This document shows, one piece after another, positions 7,815-15,363 of a stretch of DNA of 32,000 bases. The stretch comes from Acaryochloris marina MBIC11017. Its GTDB lineage: Bacteria > Cyanobacteriota > Cyanobacteriia > Thermosynechococcales > Thermosynechococcaceae. Below the pieces are notes generated by a model that saw nothing but the letters and a program-made list of their open reading frames with translations, did not search any database and was not told the DNA's origin. The stretch lies in assembly GCF_000018105.1 (NCBI RefSeq), contig NC_009925.1, positions 4,740,001 through 4,772,000 on the forward strand. The letters run 5' to 3'. How positions within the stretch are numbered: the first letter of the stretch is position 1; each line of letters starts with the position of its first letter. A program made the position numbers and the translations under genes.

Positions 7815-9350
7815 GTGAGACCACCTCACTTGCCATTCCCCAACCAACCCTTCCCCAGGTGGGCTCGTGCTCTGACTTCAACTTTAGTTTTGGGCAGCCT
7901 ATTTTCGAGCTCTGCCATTTCTTGGGCTCAAACCACGGAGGAAGAAGACTCCAGAGATCTTCTGAATAACACTGCTTCTTATTCCTACACCAACTCCAAT
8001 ACAAACACGCTGATTGAAAGCTTCACCAATCCGATTTCAAATGTGTTGGATCCTTCGTTGCTCGATCCCCGTGGGCAAGTTTTAGGCTGTGGCGGAGAAC
8101 CTCTCGCGGACTACACCGGGTTTACGGTCGGTCTCTACAATATTGACCCCAATGATCCGACCCAATCGGAACTAGGGAGCTTAGTGTTGTTAACCCGCAC
8201 TGAAGTTCCTGACATTCCCAATAACGGTATTGCTCTGGGCATCACCCCCAATGGATCTAACATTAACCCATTCCCCCTCACCAATGCCGATCAAGGGACC
8301 TACAGCTATCTACTAGACCCCAACCGAGGACAGCTCGCCGTGGGTCAATCTTATATCTTGGTGGTTACGCCGCCGGATGCGTCCATTTACAACCAGCGTC
8401 GCGTTCGTCTAACCATTACCTCCATTATTCCGACGGGCAACCGCAACTTGGTGACCTATCGGGCTACTTCCCTCGATGGTTTGCCCATCGCCGCAGAAGG
8501 AGAGACCAACTTTGAAGAAACGGTAACCACGATTGGGGATGCTGAGCGAATCTCGTTGCAACTACTGGCCTTAAACTTCTCTTCGACCCTGTGCCAGACC
8601 AATCAGATTCAAATTAGTAAGTCTGGGGACCGAGCCAATGCCGCCCCTGGAGATTCGGTGATTTATCGTCTGACCCTACGTAACCTGTCCGATGGGCAGT
8701 TAGACACCATTTCTGTACAAGATATTTTGCCGACGGGCTTTAAGCTGCTTCCCAACTCGGTTAGAGGGGCTCTGAATGGAACTGAGGTTCCGATTACGGT
8801 TGAGCAAAATGGTCAGAATCTAACCTTTAGGACCGACGCAGTTATTCCTTTAGAAGGGGTCATCAACGTCGTCTATGCAGCACAACTTACCCCAGATGCT
8901 ATTCGAGGCGATGGTAGAAACTCCGCCTCGGTTCTGGGATTCCGAGTCGATAACAACCTGGATGTTCGGGATGGCCCTGCAGTCCACCGAGTGCGGGTAA
9001 ACCCAGGCATCTTAACAGACTGTGGCAATATTCTAGGCCGAGTCTTCGTCGATAAAAACTTCGATGGCGAGCAGCAAACGGGGGAACCTGGTATTCCCAA
9101 TGCTGTGGTCTGGATGGATGACGGCAATCGCATCACAACCGATGAGAATGGTTTATTCCATGTCAGATGTGTATTGCCTGGACCTCGCACTGGTGCTCTG
9201 GATTTAACCACCTTGCCCGGTTACACCTTAGCCCCCAATCTCCACTTTATAGAAAGAAATAGCCCTTCGCGTTTGGTCAGACTCTCTCCCGGTAGCACCG
9301 TACGCATGAACTTCGGTGTCACACCTACCTTCCAGGAGGAGTCCAAATGA
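7815..9350 (+). CDS. Secreted DUF11 + SdrD-B/Cna-B-like domain protein (511 aa)
   Basis: GTG start at 7815, 9 nt after GAGGAG (7800-7805). Signal peptide: WARALTSTLVLGSLFSSSAISWA. DUF11 motif: ISKSGDRANAAPGDSVIYRLTLRNLSDGQLDTISVQDILPTGF. SdrD-B-like motif: GNILGRVFVDKNFDGEQQTGEPGIPNAVVWMDDGNRITTDENGLFHV. Confidence 0.8.
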   Translation: MRPPHLPFPNQPFPRWARALTSTLVLGSLFSSSAISWAQTTEEEDSRDLLNNTASYSYTNSNTNTLIESFTNPISNVLDPSLLDPRGQVLGCGGEPLADYTGFTVGLYNIDPNDPTQSELGSLVLLTRTEVPDIPNNGIALGITPNGSNINPFPLTNADQGTYSYLLDPNRGQLAVGQSYILVVTPPDASIYNQRRVRLTITSIIPTGNRNLVTYRATSLDGLPIAAEGETNFEETVTTIGDAERISLQLLALNFSSTLCQTNQIQISKSGDRANAAPGDSVIYRLTLRNLSDGQLDTISVQDILPTGFKLLPNSVRGALNGTEVPITVEQNGQNLTFRTDAVIPLEGVINVVYAAQLTPDAIRGDGRNSASVLGFRVDNNLDVRDGPAVHRVRVNPGILTDCGNILGRVFVDKNFDGEQQTGEPGIPNAVVWMDDGNRITTDENGLFHVRCVLPGPRTGALDLTTLPGYTLAPNLHFIERNSPSRLVRLSPGSTVRMNFGVTPTFQEESK

Positions 9351-12300
9351 TGAAACAACGTTCTTACCAGTGGATGCAAACTGGACTCCTCGGAATTGTC
9401 GCAGGTACCAGCGTGGCTTTAGCCCCAAATCTGGTTAATGCCCAAGTCATGGAAGAGGTCCAACCAGCAGATGAATCAACCCTGAGTGCAGATAAGCCAA
9501 CCGTTCGTGATGCTGAACCAACCTTACATGCAGAAAATTCGGCTGTTAGTGACGCTGAACCAACCCTAAGCGTTGACCAGGAATCCATTAACGAAGCTCC
9601 TACTCAAGAGCTTGTTATTGAAGAAGCCGCCGCTGATTCTGCCGTGGCTGAAGAGCCTCAAGTTAATCAACCCCAAACAGCAGCTAGTGATCCTCAGCCA
9701 GTTGCTGCCGAAGAAAACATGACTCCTGGCTCAGAAGCTACCAGTTCTGAAAGCCTAAAACAAGATATCCCAGTTGTTGTTGAACAACCGGCTGAAGCTG
9801 CACCTAAAGTTGTCGCTGAAGAGGTATCCTCCCCAACGCAACCCACCGTTTCCACGCCTCAGCCCCCAGAATCGTTGATCAAAGACACTCCCCCTGTGTC
9901 AGATGAGTCTGAGGTACCCGCCCCTGCTTCTACAGAAGCGCCCACAACTGCTCAGACACCAGCTGCTACGTCAGCTTCAGGGATTTCAATCTTAACGCCT
10001 GGTTCTGGGAGTGTGGTTGATAAACCAGCAACCACGGTCATTATTGAATTTGGTGCTGATCAAAAAGTTGAGCTAAGGGTCAATGGTAAGGCGGTTGATA
10101 GCGCTCAAGTGGGTCGAACCGAGACCAATTCTGCCACCCAGAAAGTCCGGCAAACTTGGTATGGCGTCATCCTCGATGCAGGTGTCAATACCATTACCGT
10201 CAATGAAGTCGGTCAAGAGGCCCCTAGTGCATCGGTTCAGGTAGAAGTGCCTGGTGAGCCGACTCAAATTAAGGTGCGAACGGCTCAAAGTAAAGTTCCT
10301 GCCGATGGTCGGTCTACGGCCCAGGTGTTGGGTTACTTGCTAGATGCCAATGGCAACCAGTCGAACTGGGATGCCATTGTCACCCTAGAAGCCACATCAG
10401 GAAAATTCGTGGGTACGGATAACAAACCTGATGTTCCTGGATTCCAAGTGGAAGCCATTGATGGTAAATTCACCGCTGATTTACAGTCCAGCATTAGTGC
10501 AGGGCTGGTGAGAGTTCGGGCTACTGCTGCTGATATGGAAGGGTTCCATCAGTTTCAGTTTTCCACGCCCATTCGACCTTCGGCTCTACTAACCGGGGTT
10601 GTAGATGTGCGGATTGGTCGTCGGGGCACCAACTTCTATGACAGCTTCCGCGAGTTCTTACCTGTCGATGGCGATAATGGGTATGAAGTTGATGCCCGTG
10701 CCCAAGCCTTTGGGATTACTTCCATTGGCGATTGGTTATTAACGGGGGCTTTTAATAGTGCTCGCCCCCTGAATGAGGACTGTAACGGGGAATCTACCCT
10801 GTTCAAAGCCTCAGGTACAGAGTGCGATTACAACAACTACGCTACCTACGGCGATAACTCCACTACGGATGTAACGGCCCCGTCCACCGATAACTTATTT
10901 GTACGATTAGAGCGCACCTCACCCGTCCCCGGTGCTGGTAGTGATTACTTTATGTGGGGGGATTACAACACCGAAGAATTTTCTCGGTCCTCTCAGTTAT
11001 TTACCGCCACCAGCCGCTCTTTACATGGCTTTAAGGGCAACTACAATATCGGCAATCTGCAGTTGACTGCTCTTTACGGCAATAACACTGAGGGTTTCCA
11101 GCGGGATACGATTGCTCCCGATGGCACCAGCGGATTTTATTTCTTATCTCGACGGTTGCTGGTTCCAGGGAGTGAGCAAGTCTTTCTGGAGCTTGAAGAA
11201 CTGAACCGACCCGGTACTGTCCTGAAGCGGGAGCGGTTAAGCCGAGGGGCTGACTATGAAGTGGATTATGATCGCGGTACGTTGAAATTCCAACGCCCGA
11301 TTCTACGCACAGATGTCGATGATGACGGCTTTGTGCTGGTTCGCCGCATTGTCACCACTTACCAATTTGAAGGAGAAAGTTCTGATACCAATACTTACGG
11401 CGGTCGTGCCCAGTACACCTTTTCTCGGAGCTTAGATCAGGAGAGCTGGGTGGGGGCCACCTACTTCCGTGAGGATCGCGGTAGCCAAGACTTTGAACTT
11501 TACGGTGCTGATGCTCTAGTGTCTTTCGGCAAGGATAGTTACCTGGTTGCAGAATATGCCCGGTCCAATAACTCGCTAGATTTCGCGACGCCCGTGAGCG
11601 GCAATGCTTACCGGGTTGAAATTGAGGCAAAGCCCACTGACAATATTTCGGGTCGAGCCTATTTCAAACGGGCTGATGTGGGTTTCTCCAACAATGCCAC
11701 CACTAGCTTTGTTCCTGGCCAAACTCGCTATGGGGCAGAAGTCTTAGCTGCAGTCTCTAAGAATACTAAGCTGCGGGCCAGCTTTGACCATGAGGATAAT
11801 TTTGGGGTTGCACCGCGTCCGCTTGATTTGTTTGAAGATCTAATCCAGCCCGGTTTCTCTCCCACTCCCGGTAATCCAGTCAATAACTCCCTGACGACGA
11901 TTACAGCAGGGGTTCTGCAGCGGATTGGTGATTCGGAAGTGAGTTTGGACTACGTCCGCCGCGATCGCACCGATCGTCTCACGGGCCAGGACATCACCAC
12001 GGACCAGATTCGCTCTACCGCCCGGATACCTCTGACGAAAAAACTGACCTTGCGGGCATTGAACGAGACCACCTTCTCTTCCGAAATTGATCCGATTTAT
12101 CCCAACCGTACTTCCGTGGGGCTGGAATATGAGGTTTATCCTGGCGTCACCATTGGCCTGAACAACACTTACCTGACCGGTGGACAGTTCGATGATGACT
12201 TTATCACTAGTCTAGATATCGCGGGTCAACATACCTTCTCCACCGATACCACCCTCCGAGGTCAGTTCTCGATGATGGGTGACTTGGGGATGGCTGGCTA

Positions 12301-13411
12301 CTTTGGTGTTGAGCAGGGCTTGACTATTGCTCCAGGTCTACGGGCGGATTTCTCCTATGAGCATGTGTTTAACACTGCCTTGCAGCAAACCGCCGCTAGC
12401 CAACAGTTTGCCCAACCCTTTGCCTTAGGGTCCGGTGCGTCTGCCTTAGGCTTAACCCCTGGGGATAGCTTTAGCGTCGGTTTGGCCTATACCGACAACC
12501 CTGATTTTCAAGCCAATGCTCGCTTTGAATATAGTGATACGGCTCAGGGCAGCAATACGATCATTACGGCGAACGCCTTAGGGCGAGCCACCCGCGACCT
12601 AACGGTCTTGGCCAGCTATCAGCAAGCCAGTGCCTCGAACCAAACCCTAGCAGGATTGGGCACCACCCGCGACTTGAAAGTGGGTCTGGCCTATCGGAAT
12701 CCCGATAGCGATAAGTTCAATGGCTTGCTTCGCTATGAGTATCGCGAAAATCCTTCCACGATTCCTGACACCCTACTGTTTGCTAACGGTACCGGCTCTA
12801 CGGATCATCTGATTTCAGCGGAGGCCATCTATGCTCCCAACTGGCGCTGGGAACTCTACGGCAAGTTTGGCTGGCGACATAGCAAGTCTTACCTGGCTCA
12901 GGATTTAATTGGCACCAGCAGCATTTCTCTGGCGCAAATGCGGGCCACCTATCGAATCAACTACCGTTGGGATATTGGCGGTGAAGTCCGCTGGATTCGT
13001 CAAAACAGCACTGGGTTTAATGAGGTCGGCGCTTCTGCAGAAGTGGGTTACTACCTCAATCCCAACTTGCGGTTGGCAGCTGGATACGCGTTTGGCGACG
13101 TGGGCGATCGCGACTTCGGTAACTCTCGCTCAGCCAGCGGTCCCTACTTTGGGGTCACCCTGAAGCTCGACAATAATCTCTTTGATGATTTTGGCTTCGG
13201 CAAAAATAAGGTGGCTCCTCCGCAGCAGCAGGAGTCTGTACCAGGGAACGGTCAGGTACAAGAAGCCTCAAACCCTGCTTCGACCTCTAAGGCTAAAGCG
13301 TCCAATAAAACCACCAAGCCTAAGGCTGAACTGGTCAATACCCAATCTGAAGCGGTTGCAGAGCCCGCGCCTGCACCCCAAACTCAACCTAGTTTTGAAG
13401 TCGTCCGATAG
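9347..13411 (+). CDS. Very large outer-membrane beta-barrel protein with N-terminal Pro/Glu/Ala-rich spacer and Ig-like (Big/invasin-type) domains (1354 aa)
   Basis: ATG 9347 overlaps the upstream TGA (ATGA) and GGAGGAG lies at 9334-9340. Signal peptide: LLGIVAGTSVALAPNLVNA. Low-complexity P/E/A/S/T region at about 9450-9975. Ig-like domains at about 9980-10565, with Big-type motif VPADGRSTAQVLGYLLDANGNQSNWDAIVTLEATSGKF. From about 10570 to 13170 there are long runs of amphipathic beta-hairpins rich in aromatics (for example LKVGLAYRN, LLRYEYREN, WELYGKFGWRH, RATYRINYRWDIGGEVRWIRQ, LRLAAGYAFG, PYFGVTLKL). A roughly 80-aa K/P/A/Q-rich tail follows. Confidence 0.8.
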   Translation: MMKQRSYQWMQTGLLGIVAGTSVALAPNLVNAQVMEEVQPADESTLSADKPTVRDAEPTLHAENSAVSDAEPTLSVDQESINEAPTQELVIEEAAADSAVAEEPQVNQPQTAASDPQPVAAEENMTPGSEATSSESLKQDIPVVVEQPAEAAPKVVAEEVSSPTQPTVSTPQPPESLIKDTPPVSDESEVPAPASTEAPTTAQTPAATSASGISILTPGSGSVVDKPATTVIIEFGADQKVELRVNGKAVDSAQVGRTETNSATQKVRQTWYGVILDAGVNTITVNEVGQEAPSASVQVEVPGEPTQIKVRTAQSKVPADGRSTAQVLGYLLDANGNQSNWDAIVTLEATSGKFVGTDNKPDVPGFQVEAIDGKFTADLQSSISAGLVRVRATAADMEGFHQFQFSTPIRPSALLTGVVDVRIGRRGTNFYDSFREFLPVDGDNGYEVDARAQAFGITSIGDWLLTGAFNSARPLNEDCNGESTLFKASGTECDYNNYATYGDNSTTDVTAPSTDNLFVRLERTSPVPGAGSDYFMWGDYNTEEFSRSSQLFTATSRSLHGFKGNYNIGNLQLTALYGNNTEGFQRDTIAPDGTSGFYFLSRRLLVPGSEQVFLELEELNRPGTVLKRERLSRGADYEVDYDRGTLKFQRPILRTDVDDDGFVLVRRIVTTYQFEGESSDTNTYGGRAQYTFSRSLDQESWVGATYFREDRGSQDFELYGADALVSFGKDSYLVAEYARSNNSLDFATPVSGNAYRVEIEAKPTDNISGRAYFKRADVGFSNNATTSFVPGQTRYGAEVLAAVSKNTKLRASFDHEDNFGVAPRPLDLFEDLIQPGFSPTPGNPVNNSLTTITAGVLQRIGDSEVSLDYVRRDRTDRLTGQDITTDQIRSTARIPLTKKLTLRALNETTFSSEIDPIYPNRTSVGLEYEVYPGVTIGLNNTYLTGGQFDDDFITSLDIAGQHTFSTDTTLRGQFSMMGDLGMAGYFGVEQGLTIAPGLRADFSYEHVFNTALQQTAASQQFAQPFALGSGASALGLTPGDSFSVGLAYTDNPDFQANARFEYSDTAQGSNTIITANALGRATRDLTVLASYQQASASNQTLAGLGTTRDLKVGLAYRNPDSDKFNGLLRYEYRENPSTIPDTLLFANGTGSTDHLISAEAIYAPNWRWELYGKFGWRHSKSYLAQDLIGTSSISLAQMRATYRINYRWDIGGEVRWIRQNSTGFNEVGASAEVGYYLNPNLRLAAGYAFGDVGDRDFGNSRSASGPYFGVTLKLDNNLFDDFGFGKNKVAPPQQQESVPGNGQVQEASNPASTSKAKASNKTTKPKAELVNTQSEAVAEPAPAPQTQPSFEVVR

Positions 13412-13463
13412 CTGAACCTCTAACCCTGTCGTTCTCCCGGACTACGGGGTTAGCGCTATCTCA

Positions 13464-13502
13464 GACTTCACACCTAATTAAATGACTTCACACCTATTAA
13501 AT
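13464..13502 (+). repeat. Tandem direct repeat GACTTCACACCTA(A)TTAAAT x2 upstream of the 13535 gene
   Basis: Copy 1 at 13464-13483 and copy 2 at 13484-13502 differ by a single A indel. The core TTC(A/G)CACCTATTAA recurs as an inverted pair at 21307-21353. Confidence 0.8.
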
Positions 13503-13534
13503 CTCTACCTAGTTTGTATCCCCAAGAGGTAATC

Positions 13535-15247
13535 ATGAAATCTCGCGGCACGCTCCACTCCTCCCCCCGCCTTCCCCAGCCCTCTTCAGGAATGGCGATT
13601 GCCTGGGCTTCCTTAACCTCTTTGATCGCCATTTCAGGACTCCTTAGCCCTTGTCAGAAGGGGGACTGCACTGCCCATGCCCAAACCCCTAGGGCTACCC
13701 CTACCCCTGTTCAAGTCACGGTGAATAGTCCGTTGGATGGCGAAATTCAGGCCGATGAAGTGGTCACCCTACGAGAAGCGATCGCAATTACCAACGGCGT
13801 GCTCCATAAAGGCGACCTCAGCAAGGCAGAACGAGCCCAAATCTCTCCCAGCACAGATCATAGCCGGATCGATTTTGACTTGCCCAGCGATAACACCACG
13901 ATTCGATTGCAGGCCCTGCTGCCCACCATCACCAACCCCGGTCTTTTGATTGATGGCACCAGCCAAGCGGGTTATGCCCTTGTAGATGGTGACGCCAGTG
14001 CCCCGGCACCGGTCGTTGCCCTGACCCCAGCCGAGGATGTAGAGGTGTTTCGGGGATTAACCCTAGCCGCGGATCAGGTCCATATCAAAGCCTTGAGCCT
14101 TTATGGATTTACCTCCATCCATAAAACCACTGCGACAACACCACCTGCGGATATTTTTATTGCCCATCGGCTCCTGCCGTCCAAGCGTCTCAAAGAAGAC
14201 AACCCCCAAGTCACCTATCCCTACGATGACGAGCGGGATATTCCCCCCCAGGGCGTCATTATTGAGGATAACTATTTAGGGATTACACCCCAAGGAACTG
14301 CCCCTACTGCCCCTCGATCGGCCTTTGGTATATCCATTTACAACGCCATTGGCACGCGGATTCTCAACAACCGAATTGCTCAACATGATGGTAGCGCTGT
14401 AATTACCAGCATCCGCGCCGAACAAACGGAGATTGCCAACAACATCATTGAGCAGAATGGCTTGGCCGGAATGCCCGACGCCATCCGCCTAGAGGGGGAT
14501 ATTGATGGCACCAAAATCCATATGAATCAGATTCAACAGAATGCCGGTAGTGCTGTTTATCTCTTCAAGCCCGAAGGGTCAGTCATGGTTGAAAAGAACC
14601 TGATTGCAGACAATGGTCAACGTTTCCGTCGGGCCGCCATTTTGCTGATGGGGGATAATCACCATGTCGTCAACAACACCATTCAAGACCAACCGGGTCC
14701 AGGTGTGGTGATCACGTCTTATCCCACGAGCCAGCGCAACTATATCCTCGACAATCGATTTGCCAATCTTGACGGCCTCAGCATCGATTTGATTGCTCGT
14801 GAAAACCGTTTTCTTGACCGCTTCTCCCGCATCTCCATCAACCGCGTGGACTTAGCGGATCGATCCAGTACTAGAGTGCAAGACTACCAAGTCGGGGATG
14901 GTCCAAATCCCTTACGCAATTCAGACCAACGCAAGCGCGATACCGCCAACCGAGGCTTGAATACGCCTCAGTTTCTCAGCTCCGAATTTTACATTATGGA
15001 TGGGGCGGTCAACCTGGATGGGGAAGCCGATCCAGGGGCTGAAATTGTACTGTATAAGGTGATGGAAGAGGGTAAGCAAGGTCCTCTTAATGAGCCTGTC
15101 ACGATGGCCAAATCCGATGAAGAGGGGCGGTTTGCCATCACTCTCACGGACGCAAATCCAGGCGATCGGTTCAGTGCGATCGCAATTCATCCTGACTACG
15201 GCACCTCAGAGCCCGCTCGCAATGCCATTGTCTTAAATCTCAGATAA
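13535..15247 (+). CDS. Secreted right-handed parallel beta-helix repeat protein (NosD/pectin-lyase-fold-like) with a C-terminal Ig/carboxypeptidase-regulatory-like domain
   Basis: ATG 13535 is preceded by AAGAGG (13524-13529), so I prefer it to the TTG at 13514 used by the ORF track. Signal peptide: MAIAWASLTSLIAISGLLSP. Periodic beta-helix rungs: ILNNRIAQHDGSAV, IANNIIEQNGLAG, IHMNQIQQNAGSAV, VEKNLIADNGQRF, VVNNTIQDQPGPGV, ILDNRFANLDGLS. C-terminal motif: GEADPGAEIVLYKV...SDEEGRFAITL. Confidence 0.8.
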   Translation: MKSRGTLHSSPRLPQPSSGMAIAWASLTSLIAISGLLSPCQKGDCTAHAQTPRATPTPVQVTVNSPLDGEIQADEVVTLREAIAITNGVLHKGDLSKAERAQISPSTDHSRIDFDLPSDNTTIRLQALLPTITNPGLLIDGTSQAGYALVDGDASAPAPVVALTPAEDVEVFRGLTLAADQVHIKALSLYGFTSIHKTTATTPPADIFIAHRLLPSKRLKEDNPQVTYPYDDERDIPPQGVIIEDNYLGITPQGTAPTAPRSAFGISIYNAIGTRILNNRIAQHDGSAVITSIRAEQTEIANNIIEQNGLAGMPDAIRLEGDIDGTKIHMNQIQQNAGSAVYLFKPEGSVMVEKNLIADNGQRFRRAAILLMGDNHHVVNNTIQDQPGPGVVITSYPTSQRNYILDNRFANLDGLSIDLIARENRFLDRFSRISINRVDLADRSSTRVQDYQVGDGPNPLRNSDQRKRDTANRGLNTPQFLSSEFYIMDGAVNLDGEADPGAEIVLYKVMEEGKQGPLNEPVTMAKSDEEGRFAITLTDANPGDRFSAIAIHPDYGTSEPARNAIVLNLR

Positions 15248-15300
15248 AGCCGTTGCCACGTCTGAATTAACGGCTCATTCCTGATTTGTCTAAATCTTTT

Positions 15301-15345
15301 CTCTGATCTCACTTAAGAAAAGGAGTGAGATCAGAGTGTTTTGTT
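15301..15345 (+). terminator. Rho-independent terminator-like hairpin after the beta-helix gene
   Basis: CTCTGATCTCACT (15301-15313) pairs perfectly with AGTGAGATCAGAG (15324-15336), a 13-bp stem with a 10-nt loop. The T-rich run TGTTTTGTTCC follows. Confidence 0.65.
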
Positions 15346-15363
15346 CCTGTTCCTCAATGCATT

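Noticed and set aside
15325-15363. GTG 15325 as the start of the 832-aa gene (ORF-track start)
   Set aside because: The GTG lies inside the right arm of the 13-bp terminator hairpin of the preceding gene, with the SD-like AAGGAG directly abutting it (no spacer). The first in-frame ATG at 15364 precedes the signal peptide.
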